This document shows, one piece after another, positions 1 to 9,667 of a stretch of 64,000 bases of DNA. The notes beneath the pieces were generated by a model. The model had not been told where the DNA came from, did no database searches, and saw only the letters and a program-made list of their open reading frames with translations. The stretch's first letter is position 1. Each line of letters starts with the position of its first letter. The position numbers and the translations under genes were made by a program. Where the stretch lies: IMG/VR virus record IMGVR_UViG_3300030616_000017, positions 32,001 to 96,000 of that record, one strand, 5' to 3'. Source of the DNA: a virus.

Positions 1-26
1 TCGTCTTTAACCCAATTAACTGGCAT
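1..26 (-). CDS. 5' end of a gene running off the window (MPVNWVKD...)
   Basis: ATG at 26 with a GAGGAG RBS upstream and a late-type motif at 61-72. Confidence 0.5.
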
Positions 27-60
27 CTCTACTTTCTCCTCAAAAAAATCTTGTTACTAT

Positions 61-72
61 GTTATATTAGTA
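61..72 (-). promoter_or_regulatory. Putative late promoter TACTAATATAAC
   Basis: One-mismatch copy of the recurring TACTAATATAAT motif, upstream of an RBS and ATG. Confidence 0.65.
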
Positions 73-90
73 ACAAGATTTTAAAAGTTT

Positions 91-417
91 CTATTCTAAG
101 GAAAAATAAATCGTTTCAGGGGGCTGTTCGAAGTACTGATACAACACAGGGCAAAGCCATCCTTCTCTTCCTGTTTCCTCTGAATGGTACAGCGACCATT
201 GATCTCCGCATGCTTCCTGAAGCTCAATTTTATGCTCCAGTTCCACTACATCAGAAAACATAAGCGTACGAGGCTCTTTTCCTAGCTGTTCTTTTACAGC
301 TTCAATAATTTCTGAACTTCCCATAACAAATGCTTCATTTTTGATACCTTTGCCTCGATCATCAAAAACCCAATTATTTCCTTGTCTATGTATCCACACA
401 ATGTATGTGTTTTCCAT
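91..417 (-). CDS. Small hypothetical protein, DUF6717-like
   Basis: Start moved to MENTY (GAGGAGG RBS); WVFDD...EAFV.G...GWLCP.L..YF pattern. Confidence 0.6.
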   Translation of the reverse strand: MENTYIVWIHRQGNNWVFDDRGKGIKNEAFVMGSSEIIEAVKEQLGKEPRTLMFSDVVELEHKIELQEACGDQWSLYHSEETGREGWLCPVLYQYFEQPPETIYFSLE

Positions 418-465
418 CTTCTCCTCCTCGCGAGTCTTGTATATGCAGTTTTGTTGTATATATAT

Positions 466-494
466 AATATAACAAAAAAAGCAGGAAAAGTCAA
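466..494 (-). promoter_or_regulatory. Sigma70-like early/middle promoter TTGACT-17-TATATT
   Basis: Exact 17-bp spacing; the same architecture recurs 12 times in the window. Confidence 0.75.
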
Positions 495-535
495 GTAACT
501 CTTCCCGCTTTTTGAATATTTTTTCAAAAATGAAA

Positions 536-2086
536 CTAAGCAGTATACTTACCTTCTTTAAGTTCAATGAGAGCCCATCTCTGCCATTTTTTACTCTCTA
601 ATGATTCTCCTGACATGAGAAATATGTGAAGCACTTTGGTGAAAAGTCTAAAGCTGAGAGGCTGATTAGCTTTATGAATAAATCTCTTTATCCAGTCCAA
701 GATACTCTGCTTCGTGTTAATATCTACATCTGTAGGGTCTATACCTGATAGTGCTTGTTGAATAATATCGGCTACCTGCTCATCTGTAAAGAGAAAACTG
801 ATAGCGTATACGCGGTCTTGAATCGGTTGAGGAATTTTAGGAAAGTTGGTAATCATAATAACTTTAGAATTAAAGGCAAAGTTATACATACTCTCTCCTG
901 CCTCCACATCCATAAGACCTGCATCGGAAGTAAAATCTATAACATCGCTCGTACTAACTTCGGGGGCTGCTTCTCCAGTATCCCCTCTTTTTTGTTTCTT
1001 TTCCACCTTTACAATTCTAGGCGTATCAGGATCAAGAATACTTTTAAGAATGTTCTGAATGGTGTTATTTTTCATATCATCATTGGTGAGGATATCATCC
1101 AAGATAATAATCTCTCCTTCTCTATGCTTGTAAAGCAGCGTAAGGAGACCTTCATATCCCTTAACCTTTCCTTTAGTATAATATGTTTGAGGCAGATTAC
1201 CCAAGATTTCTTTAGCATAGTATGATTTTCCAATACCGCCTCTTCCGTAGAGATACACGCCCTGAGCAGGGAGTTTATCTTGCATCATTTGACGGAAATA
1301 GAATTTCATAAGATCATACTTCTCTAAATGTTCGTTCTGCATAATCTCTTGCTCGAACTCATCCTCTGCACTCGAATTAGTGGTAATAGGCTGTTCCGGC
1401 TGGCCTCTTCTAATATTTACGTGAGGAATTGCGTCAGCGGCTCTATCATCCCCCATTTCGCTGAAAGCTCTTCGACAATACATCTGAAAAGTCCCTACGT
1501 TTGGAATACTTTCTCTGATGCCTCTTGAGCTGAGCCAATTTAAATACATGTCTTGGATAACAGCCCAATCCCTGCTTCTCCCTCTTGCCATTTCGGCAGC
1601 AGCGCCCGGATCTGATTGCATCCACTCTAATACACCACTCCTATGAGAAAACCTTTCTTGGAGATTTGCTTGAGCCTTGTAGCTTTCTTCTACAACATCG
1701 AAATACTCTCCAGTCAATACCATAGCAATATGATCTAGCACCTGTACAATATTAAACTGAGGAGGAATTTCAATTGTATAAGTGGGTGTCCTAGATACCT
1801 TCTCAAACACATCTACCGACACAATGCTATCAGAACTACCTGTTAAAGCAAAGTTAAGTCTAATAGCCTCAAATGTACCATAGAAAGACATATAACCAGC
1901 AAACTTTCCTTCTGCGTTTTGATATTCAATAGGGAATGAAGCTGGTTCTTTCATCCCACTAAAATCAATTCCTGTTTTTCTGTTCAACACTCTCAGCATC
2001 TTGGGAACCATTTCAGCAGCCTTTCCTGCACGAAACGCTTCTTGAGTGCTTTTCTTTTTGTCTTCAAAGCTCTTTACTAATCTCAT
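536..2086 (-). CDS. P-loop AAA-type ATPase with N-terminal extension
   Basis: Walker A GRGGIGKS, Walker B IIILDD, sensor-like MITN. Confidence 0.75.
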   Translation of the reverse strand: MRLVKSFEDKKKSTQEAFRAGKAAEMVPKMLRVLNRKTGIDFSGMKEPASFPIEYQNAEGKFAGYMSFYGTFEAIRLNFALTGSSDSIVSVDVFEKVSRTPTYTIEIPPQFNIVQVLDHIAMVLTGEYFDVVEESYKAQANLQERFSHRSGVLEWMQSDPGAAAEMARGRSRDWAVIQDMYLNWLSSRGIRESIPNVGTFQMYCRRAFSEMGDDRAADAIPHVNIRRGQPEQPITTNSSAEDEFEQEIMQNEHLEKYDLMKFYFRQMMQDKLPAQGVYLYGRGGIGKSYYAKEILGNLPQTYYTKGKVKGYEGLLTLLYKHREGEIIILDDILTNDDMKNNTIQNILKSILDPDTPRIVKVEKKQKRGDTGEAAPEVSTSDVIDFTSDAGLMDVEAGESMYNFAFNSKVIMITNFPKIPQPIQDRVYAISFLFTDEQVADIIQQALSGIDPTDVDINTKQSILDWIKRFIHKANQPLSFRLFTKVLHIFLMSGESLESKKWQRWALIELKEGKYTA

Positions 2087-2095
2087 TATTCTCTC

Positions 2096-2695
2096 TTACT
2101 CCTTTCCTAATCTTTTAAGTAATGCGTTAAATATATTTTTGTTTAATAAATACCAATGTCTATCTCTTTTTCCCGTCTCTTTATTAGCATAGATAAGATT
2201 GCCTTGCTTTTCTGCTTCTCTCGATAGAATTTCATAAACAGGAACCAAATCCCCGTAAGCAGGCGTAAAAGATATGCATTGAAAATCAGCAGGGTCTTGA
2301 TAATGGTCTTGAAATGCGGTAAGAATTTTAGCAATAGTTGAAAAGACTAACGTACCTAAATTGGATTTAAGATTGCTCATACCTGAAAGAGAATTACTAA
2401 AAGCTAGCGTATGAATAAAAACTTTTATTTGTGTTTCCAGCCCTTCTCTATTCACCTTTATTATACGCCCTGTTGAAGTTAGACGTGTAAGCGTTACCTT
2501 ATACGTAATCGATGTAGCGCCAGGATACATAATTGCAAGATCTACCCACTCTCCGTTGGTATCTTGTAGCTTTACATCTTCTCCTTTGATCTTGAACTCT
2601 GCTTCAAACTCTTTGACTGTATCTTTTTTAATGCTAAAAGGGAGGTATTTGGTAAACCCAATTTCCTCTATCTTATCTTTCTTTACGTATCTCAT
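2096..2695 (-). CDS. Hypothetical protein, distant paralog of 4775-5338 and 5332-5916
   Basis: Shares the (G/T)..F.(V/I)(L/F)ST...I...SF(T/S)...VY..L pattern. Confidence 0.6.
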   Translation of the reverse strand: MRYVKKDKIEEIGFTKYLPFSIKKDTVKEFEAEFKIKGEDVKLQDTNGEWVDLAIMYPGATSITYKVTLTRLTSTGRIIKVNREGLETQIKVFIHTLAFSNSLSGMSNLKSNLGTLVFSTIAKILTAFQDHYQDPADFQCISFTPAYGDLVPVYEILSREAEKQGNLIYANKETGKRDRHWYLLNKNIFNALLKRLGKE

Positions 2696-2724
2696 TGTTT
2701 GTTTTCCTTAAATAATTTCAATAT

Positions 2725-2736
2725 ATTATATTAGTA
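2725..2736 (-). promoter_or_regulatory. Putative late promoter TACTAATATAAT
   Basis: Exact motif 30 bp upstream of the start at 2695. Confidence 0.7.
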
Positions 2737-3664
2737 CGCCAACTTCTTCTAATTCATTATCCCACTCTTTCGTGCTAAGATTAGAAAGTTTTTGCAGAGC
2801 AGCATAGTCTACACCCCACATATCTTCATAATATTCCATCATACTACCTGTTTGATGATTGGTGTTTTTAGCAATATTCAAAATCATAAATTGTTCTTCT
2901 ACAGGATATCTCGCAATGCTTTTAAGTTGAGATGTAATTTTCTTAATATTAGCATGAGTCTTATCTAGCCCCTTCGCTTTCCAAAACTTATACCATGCTG
3001 GAAAAAGAATTTTTTCATATGCTGTCATCATCATTTCGTGAGTATCAACAAGAGGAATCTTTTTGCGAGCCTCATCTTCGAAAACACCCATTCTTTCAAG
3101 CTCATCATACAATTGTTCAGGAGTAAGGTAGTTCATTGAAGTTTGTTTTTCTACTTCCGCTTTTAGATCTGTAAACAACTCTTCCTTTTCAACTGCAATA
3201 GCACAAAAGAGATCCTTTCTCGTTCTTACAGAAGGATTATACCCTTCTATTTCGCGAGCGATTATATCCATTGTATACAGAAGACCTTCTTCTTCCAACA
3301 TCGACTTGCCTTTCTCGTCATGAAACCGCAAGTACGCCCATTTTCGTGGTTCTTGTATTCCATGTTGAGTAAGCCACTCCTCAAACACCGTTAAAAAAGT
3401 AGGGGAAAGTAGATGAATTAACTTCTCCCCCAATTCTTTCAAAATATTTACTATGTTCTCTTTTCTATCTAAGGAGCCAGAAAATCTATAAGAAACAAGT
3501 TTATTGTATTTGTATTCCACCTCGTAAAGATAGGTAAAATAAGGAAGAAGATCGTCTCCCTTTTTTGCTTCTCTAGGAATTCTTACTCTTACGCTATTAA
3601 GCTCGGCAAGAGAGGACTCATGAAGAGGTATATTGGATTTACTAATTTGTTTTATCCGAATCAT
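2726..3664 (-). CDS. Hypothetical protein (possible virion-internal protein)
   Basis: 312-aa ORF in a co-directional gene run; no family recognised. Confidence 0.65.
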   Translation of the reverse strand: MIRIKQISKSNIPLHESSLAELNSVRVRIPREAKKGDDLLPYFTYLYEVEYKYNKLVSYRFSGSLDRKENIVNILKELGEKLIHLLSPTFLTVFEEWLTQHGIQEPRKWAYLRFHDEKGKSMLEEEGLLYTMDIIAREIEGYNPSVRTRKDLFCAIAVEKEELFTDLKAEVEKQTSMNYLTPEQLYDELERMGVFEDEARKKIPLVDTHEMMMTAYEKILFPAWYKFWKAKGLDKTHANIKKITSQLKSIARYPVEEQFMILNIAKNTNHQTGSMMEYYEDMWGVDYAALQKLSNLSTKEWDNELEEVGVLI

Positions 3665-3707
3665 CTTATTTCTGCCCTTTTACAATAAACTTTTGTTTAT
3701 TCATTGT

Positions 3708-4130
3708 TTATCTATTAAAATACTCGGCTGGGTCTATGAGGCTATAAACATAATCCTTTTTCCAGGCCCAATCGGCTTCGAAATTACCTTTTCTATCTGG
3801 GTCATAAATCCAACCAAGCTCCCATCTGCCTCGTTTCCAGACCCCATCGTGCCACCAGCCTTTTTCCCAAGTTCCGTCTTCCCAAATTCCATCTGCCCAA
3901 TAACCGTCTTTCCAAGTTCCTCGTTTCCAAGTCCCCCTTGACCAAGTACCATTATACCAGATGCCATCTTTCCAAGTTCCGCCTTTCCAAACACCATCTC
4001 TCCAACGGCCGTTTTCCCAAACGCCATCTTCCCAAATGCCATCTTTCCAAGTTCCACCTTTCCAAGTTCCCCCTTCCCAATTCTGAAAAGACGAACTTTC
4101 GTTTACTCCAAATCTTTTAAGTTGTATCAT
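3708..4130 (-). CDS. Trp/Gly five-residue repeat protein (WxxGx)n
   Basis: About 18 tandem WxxGx units such as WKGGT, WEDGV, WKDGI. Confidence 0.75.
   Translation of the reverse strand: MIQLKRFGVNESSSFQNWEGGTWKGGTWKDGIWEDGVWENGRWRDGVWKGGTWKDGIWYNGTWSRGTWKRGTWKDGYWADGIWEDGTWEKGWWHDGVWKRGRWELGWIYDPDRKGNFEADWAWKKDYVYSLIDPAEYFNR
3815..4081 (-). repeat. Degenerate 15-bp coding tandem repeat
   Basis: (T/C)TCCA/CCCA recurs every 15 bp and encodes the WxxGx repeat. Confidence 0.8.
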
Positions 4131-4164
4131 TAATCTTCTCCTAAAAATTATTTAATGTTGCTGT

Positions 4165-4398
4165 TTATAAATCCTCTATTTTAATTTTCTCTTTTTTCTT
4201 TTTATGACTTAATTCAATTAACTGAATTAATAAGCTCTTCTTTTCTCTAAGCCTATCAAACATAAAACCCTCTTTACTAATTTTCATCTTCCTATTAGCA
4301 AGCTCATTAATAACGAAAATAAAACCTACTAATAAAATTGATAAAAATACCATTACAAACCATTCCGGCAATGCAAAAAACCCTTTCCAAAATTCCAT
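4165..4398 (-). CDS. Small membrane protein (one TM helix, basic tail)
   Basis: Hydrophobic WFVMVFLSILLVGFIFVI followed by a Lys-rich C-terminus. Confidence 0.6.
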   Translation of the reverse strand: MEFWKGFFALPEWFVMVFLSILLVGFIFVINELANRKMKISKEGFMFDRLREKKSLLIQLIELSHKKKKEKIKIEDL

Positions 4399-4754
4399 TA
4401 CTTTTTACTCCACACCTTTATTTTTTGCCCAGGATGTAGAGTTATCTCATTTATTGTTACTTCAGTTTCAATATCAATAACTTCTTCATACCCCGCTTCT
4501 TGAGATTCTACTTCTTCTGAATCAACACGATCAAGAACGGCATGAAATTCCCCAATATGTACTTTTTCTTCTTTTGCAATATCCAATAATACTTTTTTAA
4601 GTAAAGAGTGCTTGGACGCACGCGCAAGAATATTATATAGATTTATTGCACTTTGTTCCGCTGAAATTGCTATTCTTAGAATTTCTTGATCTGTAGCATC
4701 CTCTAAGTTTAATTCTGTTATAGCCTGTAAAACTGATTCTTTTATTCTTTTCAT
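4398..4754 (-). CDS. Short ferritin-like/rubrerythrin-family protein
   Basis: LRIAISAEQSAINLY...LLDIAKEEKVHIGEF (E...Y and EExH di-iron ligands). Confidence 0.8.
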   Translation of the reverse strand: MKRIKESVLQAITELNLEDATDQEILRIAISAEQSAINLYNILARASKHSLLKKVLLDIAKEEKVHIGEFHAVLDRVDSEEVESQEAGYEEVIDIETEVTINEITLHPGQKIKVWSKK

Positions 4755-4774
4755 TCTGATTTCTTCCTAAAAGT

Positions 4775-5338
4775 TTATATATAAGAGGTGTCTATATATT
4801 TCCTTATAAACTCCTCTATGTTCATAAATATGTAGACTCTTGATCCGTATTGATCAAACGATCCTAAATATGTCAGTTCGGGAATAGCACGAGCAAACTT
4901 TCTAGATAGCAGCTCATATACTTTTACTCTTGATTGTTCTTCTTGTTTTGCTGTGAAACAAAAAGCACAAGTATAACTCATCAAATCTGGTATAAGATCA
5001 TGAATAGCAATATCCACTACTGTAGAGAGTACTGTGAATTGATTTCCTGTATCGGTTAAGTCATACTGAATATTATCCCCATCACCTAACAGAGCAAACT
5101 CTATAGAAATAGCAAGGGTTCTTTCTACACCTTCACGAATTTCATAAGGATCAATTATGGGTACTATACCCTCTATTTGCTTAACTAAAGGGTCTAGCAT
5201 ATCCTCTGCTATATCTTCCAGGCTGAAATGCTTAGTGTGCACCTCATACTCATTCTCCCCCACCGTAAAAGTGTACTGTCTCTTATTGTGCTTTTTATAG
5301 GGAACTGGTTGATCTAAGATTTCTTTTATTCTTACCAT
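4775..5338 (-). CDS. Hypothetical protein, tandem paralog of 5332-5916
   Basis: Start moved to MVRIKEILDQP (overlaps upstream stop); TDTGNQFTVLSTVV and SRVKVY shared with neighbour. Confidence 0.7.
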   Translation of the reverse strand: MVRIKEILDQPVPYKKHNKRQYTFTVGENEYEVHTKHFSLEDIAEDMLDPLVKQIEGIVPIIDPYEIREGVERTLAISIEFALLGDGDNIQYDLTDTGNQFTVLSTVVDIAIHDLIPDLMSYTCAFCFTAKQEEQSRVKVYELLSRKFARAIPELTYLGSFDQYGSRVYIFMNIEEFIRKYIDTSYI

Positions 5339-5916
5339 ATCGGCAACCTCGCCATACCACTCTTCAGCCACTCTAACATCTCTTTTTCTCTCATAAAATA
5401 GAATACCATCTCTTTATCGACCCCTTCAAACTCGCCTAAAAACATAATATCGGGAAACTGTTTAATAAACCTTTCAACAAGAGTCCTGTATACTCTTTCT
5501 CTGGATTTCTCCTTAGCACTAAAAGAGATTAAGGGCACTTTGAATTGAGAAAGAATTTCTTTTGTTATGATTTCTACAACAGTAGAAAGAATAGTAAACT
5601 GTTCCCCTGTATCTGTTACTTTGAAATGTGTCCCTTCTGTATCCTCTCTATAAAACACAATATCGGGACAAGAATCAATACTCATAAGTTTTCGGAGCAT
5701 ATCTGGAGGGAGAGCTCCTTGAAACTTTTCCATGAAATGGGTAATAAGAACTTCTTTTGCCTTTGTTGCTACCCAGCTGCTAAGCACATCTACCACATAC
5801 TCTGCGTGGTTACTATCTCTTTCATTCCCCAGCTCAAATCGCCACCTATCACTAGCAATTTGTTCGTAAGGAAGCGGTTTGTCTAAAATCTCATTAAACT
5901 TTTTAATTTTAACCAT
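5332..5916 (-). CDS. Hypothetical protein, tandem paralog of 4775-5338
   Basis: EILDKPLPY, TDTGEQFTILSTVV and SRERVY motifs. Confidence 0.7.
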   Translation of the reverse strand: MVKIKKFNEILDKPLPYEQIASDRWRFELGNERDSNHAEYVVDVLSSWVATKAKEVLITHFMEKFQGALPPDMLRKLMSIDSCPDIVFYREDTEGTHFKVTDTGEQFTILSTVVEIITKEILSQFKVPLISFSAKEKSRERVYRTLVERFIKQFPDIMFLGEFEGVDKEMVFYFMREKEMLEWLKSGMARLPIW

Positions 5917-5921
5917 AGAGT

Positions 5922-6071
5922 TTATCCTTTTTTCTTAATGATAAAGGGAAGAGAAATATCCCATCTCCAGCTCGTGTATTGAACATAATCTAAGCTGTCT
6001 CTGTTCTCCCAAGGCAAAATTGTGCCAACATCCGGGTGAACTTCTTTTAAGTTTTTTCTCGTCTCAATCAT
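5922..6071 (-). CDS. 49-aa small protein missing from the ORF track (MIETRKNLKEVHPDVGTILPWENRD...KKKG)
   Basis: ATGA overlap with the upstream stop; fills the gap exactly to TAA at 5922. Confidence 0.55.
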   Translation of the reverse strand: MIETRKNLKEVHPDVGTILPWENRDSLDYVQYTSWRWDISLPFIIKKKG

Positions 6072-7105
6072 TGAATTAAACCTCTACTTTTTAATTTTTT
6101 AGACAGCATAGCTGCCATCTGATTTATAAAGAACTTGATTTGTCTCATTAAGCCGTATAAATGTTTATCTAAGAATGCTTCTCCATCTCCGTGAAATGCA
6201 TCCCACCGTTGAGGACGTCTACTTTCTGGATACATAGAAGCATCCAGCTGTGTAAGCCAATAATTGAAGCCTTGGAACTGAAACGAAGGACTAGTACTGA
6301 ATACCTGCACGTCGCTCACTTCCAAGATTTCTTTCATCTCCTTCTGCCCTATACTCTCTCCTTCAAACGCTTCTATCCACTCTAAAGCTCCTAGTATCTT
6401 GACTTGAATCTCATACACTTTAGCGCGATTGCGATTAAGAGAGAGAGAAGAAGGGTCTACTTCCATCTTATCAGTGCTATAAAATCTGTAAGAGCTTCCT
6501 ATGTTATCGTTAGGAGCTTTAGCCCCAAGCTCTGTAGCACTAGTTAAGAATTGAAATGTAACACTCCCTTCTGCTTCATTTATTACACAATCAACAAGCT
6601 TTGCTGTAATGTTTTCTGCACCCATTACTCTATTTCTATCTTTGCGCCATGTCTGTGTAAAGTCGCTTGCATTACCTGCGTCAGCTAAGTCATACAGAGA
6701 AATCTCTTTAAGTGTTCCTTTAGGATAATGAATAAGAGGACGATTGATTGTCTTCTTTTCTACCCTCTCAAACTTCTTTGTATATTCTTTGTCATTTATA
6801 AAACGATCACCTGCTAAGTCTACAGGAATCACTAACGCACCTTTCACATTGCCGTCATAATCCTCTATATCCATAGGAGGAGTCATGGTGGTATAATGTT
6901 TATCCCCATGCAAAAGATCAGTACCACTAAAAATAGTAGCGACTCTTGGAAACTTTGATATTCTATGTTTAGTCACCAAGAAGTCTCTATAGGAGTCAAA
7001 AAACACTCCTAACACTTTGTAAGAGGAAATAACAAATCTCACTATTCTTACTTCATCTAAATTATCTAGCCCTAATTGGGTCTTTAGAAGCTTTCCTGTT
7101 GTCAT
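6068..7105 (-). CDS. Phage protein with a degenerate SWIM-like C-terminal domain
   Basis: DVQVFSTSPSFQFQGFNYWLTQ...FLDKHL resembles CxCxxF...CKH with the Cys residues replaced. Confidence 0.55.
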   Translation of the reverse strand: MTTGKLLKTQLGLDNLDEVRIVRFVISSYKVLGVFFDSYRDFLVTKHRISKFPRVATIFSGTDLLHGDKHYTTMTPPMDIEDYDGNVKGALVIPVDLAGDRFINDKEYTKKFERVEKKTINRPLIHYPKGTLKEISLYDLADAGNASDFTQTWRKDRNRVMGAENITAKLVDCVINEAEGSVTFQFLTSATELGAKAPNDNIGSSYRFYSTDKMEVDPSSLSLNRNRAKVYEIQVKILGALEWIEAFEGESIGQKEMKEILEVSDVQVFSTSPSFQFQGFNYWLTQLDASMYPESRRPQRWDAFHGDGEAFLDKHLYGLMRQIKFFINQMAAMLSKKLKSRGLIQ

Positions 7106-7611
7106 TAGATTTCATCCCCATAGCTCTCTACAATAGACTGCACCTCTTCTGGAAGAGGCATATTATGAGGAGAGCAATTAAACTTTCTTCCTGTAATGTA
7201 ACCTGCTTGCACTGTTCCTAGCAGCTCCGACACTCTTAATACTAAATACAAATCTTTTGCACTCCTTCCATCATGAATTATATGAATAAGAATATCTCCT
7301 TTTTCCACATTATCCTCATGAGCGGCAAATCCTTCTATAGGAAGTACATCGTAAAAGTAAAGAGCTTCTGGCTGAGCGACTGCGCTTGTAACATCCTCTC
7401 TTAGTCTTGTGTAGGGTAGGTCATCAGGAAAAATTAAATTAACGGTGATTTTATCACTATCAATAATTTCTACTGTTTCGTCTCCATATATGTTTTCTTC
7501 TACTTTAAGACGAACAACAACAGACTCTATTCCTATTTGACTTATTTTATAGTCTCGGAGTTTGAGTCTGGCTTGTATTTGGCTTTTAGCGATTTTATCT
7601 TGTAGGCTCAA
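7105..7611 (-). CDS. Putative head-closure/neck protein
   Basis: ENIYGDE and KGDIL motifs, size, late promoter, position near head genes. Confidence 0.45.
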   Translation of the reverse strand: MSLQDKIAKSQIQARLKLRDYKISQIGIESVVVRLKVEENIYGDETVEIIDSDKITVNLIFPDDLPYTRLREDVTSAVAQPEALYFYDVLPIEGFAAHEDNVEKGDILIHIIHDGRSAKDLYLVLRVSELLGTVQAGYITGRKFNCSPHNMPLPEEVQSIVESYGDEI

Positions 7612-7636
7612 CCTTTCTTTCCTTTTTGAGTATTAT

Positions 7637-7648
7637 ATTATATTAGTA
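7637..7648 (-). promoter_or_regulatory. Putative late promoter TACTAATATAAT
   Basis: Exact motif 26 bp upstream of 7611. Confidence 0.7.
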
Positions 7649-7664
7649 CTCATATAGAAAAGAT

Positions 7665-8216
7665 TTAAGAAACTGGTCGCCGAGCAGAAGGAACTCTTGT
7701 TTGAGCTCTCTCTTCTCCTTTTACAGAGTTGGCTCTATCCTCTATAGAAAGAGAGCGAAGTTCACTTCGCATATTAAGCGAAAGGTTGATGAGTAGATTA
7801 TCTATTTTTTTCCACCCCTCCACAAGTTGGCGGTATAGGGATAGTTCCCTTTCAAGACGATCTAAAGAAGACCTCTTCTCCCTAAACTCTTCTTTATTTC
7901 TTACTCTTGTTTCAGATTCAAGCTCTTGTTTAGAGAGCCACTTAGTTCCCGCGATATCGTTCGTGTTGATCTCTCTTCTTGTAGCTACGAATCTCTCATC
8001 CCACCACATATCGAACTCTCTCTGTGCGGAAATCAATTCTGCTTTCTTTCTTTGATACTCCGATGTAAGAGTAAAAAGAATAGGCCCATAATTAGCAAGA
8101 GCTCCGTTGAGTCTATCTGGTGTAATAATTTCATTATCGGTTAGGGTAGCATATCGTCTGTACTTTTGTACGACAGCACTTACCATATCGATGTATTCTC
8201 TTGTATTTTCATCCAC
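7665..8216 (-). CDS. UvsY-like recombination mediator (coiled-coil)
   Basis: Helical pattern FDMWWDE...SKQELE...L..W...L.NL..NMRSE; own early-type promoter. Confidence 0.5.
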   Translation of the reverse strand: MDENTREYIDMVSAVVQKYRRYATLTDNEIITPDRLNGALANYGPILFTLTSEYQRKKAELISAQREFDMWWDERFVATRREINTNDIAGTKWLSKQELESETRVRNKEEFREKRSSLDRLERELSLYRQLVEGWKKIDNLLINLSLNMRSELRSLSIEDRANSVKGEERAQTRVPSARRPVS

Positions 8217-8262
8217 GAAAATACCCTCCTCGTTGTGTTGTAATTTCCTTACTATATGTTAT

Positions 8263-8291
8263 AATATAACAAAAAATATCACTTTTTTAAA
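8263..8291 (-). promoter_or_regulatory. Early/middle promoter TTTAAA-17-TATATT
   Basis: Recurring motif with exact spacing. Confidence 0.6.
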
Positions 8292-8310
8292 TGATAGAGG
8301 AGGGTATTGT

Positions 8311-8895
8311 TTATAACAATTCGTGTTCTTTCAACTCTTCTTTATACTCATCAGTCATTTTTTCTTCTGCATTTTCATCTACTTTCTTCAACTCCTCTTC
8401 TAAAGCTACGTCATCTGGAATAACCTTGCCAGAAAAAATTCTCTCATCTGCTTCACTCAAGCCGGTTCCATCTGCTTTTCCTTTTCCAGGCCCAGCGCCT
8501 TGACCATGAGGCCCGGTTCCATCTCTTTTATACAACCTATCTTCTTCTGTTTCTTCCTCATCTTCATCTTCCTCTTCCTCTTCATCTTTATACGGCTCTT
8601 CTTTATGAGTCATCACTGAATCAATTCCAAAAGAAGTAGAGCTTTGTACTGCTTCTTCTATAAAGTCTTTAGCGGATTTTTCAGATTTAATAAACTCTGC
8701 TACACTAAATCTTTCATCTACTCCCAGATGAGAGAGTACAATACGCTTTGCATATTCGAAATGCTTGCTCTCAAAAACCTCTTCCTTTACTCCGTAAGCT
8801 TCAGAGGTGCTTGCTTTAGCTTTTTCCCACAACTTTTTAATATCGTTTTCTGACTGTCCTGTTTCTTTAACCAATGCTTTCACATAAGGGCTCAT
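8311..8895 (-). CDS. Acidic hypothetical protein with RDGTGPHGQGAGPGKG Gly-rich motif
   Basis: ORF with RBS and a poly-E/D tract. Confidence 0.65.
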   Translation of the reverse strand: MSPYVKALVKETGQSENDIKKLWEKAKASTSEAYGVKEEVFESKHFEYAKRIVLSHLGVDERFSVAEFIKSEKSAKDFIEEAVQSSTSFGIDSVMTHKEEPYKDEEEEEDEDEEETEEDRLYKRDGTGPHGQGAGPGKGKADGTGLSEADERIFSGKVIPDDVALEEELKKVDENAEEKMTDEYKEELKEHELL

Positions 8896-8910
8896 CTTTC
8901 TTTACCTCTC

Positions 8911-9240
8911 TTATATACTTTGGATGGTGTTTCTAGCAGCCCACTTATTGGACCAAATCCAAATATATGGATCAGTTCCGTTTTTGGCTGTTTGAATCAT
9001 CTGCTTATATGTTCTGTTCTTTGTTGAGGGAGGATCGGTTTCATGATCCTTTGCTTTCAATCGTCTAAGTAACAAAGCGAATTCATCTTCAGATCCTCTA
9101 AAGCGAAACTCCCCTTTGTTAACCCCATCCCCTTGCCTGTTTTCGACAGGGCGTAGGCGATATTGATTTTCTCCCTCTACATAAATCTTAATTTTAAGTA
9201 GTCTATTTCTTTCTTCTTTTACTTTTTTAAGTATAACCAT
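8911..9240 (-). CDS. Hypothetical protein
   Basis: ORF with RBS in the late gene run. Confidence 0.6.
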   Translation of the reverse strand: MVILKKVKEERNRLLKIKIYVEGENQYRLRPVENRQGDGVNKGEFRFRGSEDEFALLLRRLKAKDHETDPPSTKNRTYKQMIQTAKNGTDPYIWIWSNKWAARNTIQSI

Positions 9241-9253
9241 CTATCCTTGCTCC

Positions 9254-9643
9254 TTAACTTGAGGATGATTCTCCCTCTTCATCACTGTCTGGTGTATAAC
9301 CGTACACTCTTACTTTTATTGTATTCTCTTCCCCCGATGTATCTGCAAACCCAATAGAAACTAATCCTGCAGAAAACAATTCAGAAGGAGAAAAAGCAAA
9401 AAAATCTTTTATACCGAATTGAACTACTTCTGCTCCTGTAAGTGTAATAGTCGCTTCTCCTGTCGCCTCAATCACCACTAAGCGAATATCTTCTATAGTG
9501 TTTACAGGAAGGGTAAGAGCTCCCAGAGCGAGAAGATTTACATCGTATTCTACTTTCTCTTGTAATGTCCAAGTTATCTCTTTGTAAAAATTATTTGTAT
9601 TTCTTGTGAGATTTTCATCGTATACTTTGCTTATGAATTTCAT
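9254..9643 (-). CDS. Hypothetical beta-rich protein, possibly structural
   Basis: Late motif at 9656-9667; Thr/Val/Gly-rich beta character. Confidence 0.55.
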   Translation of the reverse strand: MKFISKVYDENLTRNTNNFYKEITWTLQEKVEYDVNLLALGALTLPVNTIEDIRLVVIEATGEATITLTGAEVVQFGIKDFFAFSPSELFSAGLVSIGFADTSGEENTIKVRVYGYTPDSDEEGESSSS

Positions 9644-9655
9644 TCTTTTCCTCTT

Positions 9656-9667
9656 ATTATATTAGTT
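9656..9667 (-). promoter_or_regulatory. Putative late promoter AACTAATATAAT
   Basis: One-mismatch copy of the motif. Confidence 0.6.

Noticed and set aside
3734-4057. Overlapping 107-aa ORF with ELGK repeats
   Set aside because: Alternative frame kept open by the 15-bp repeat; no RBS
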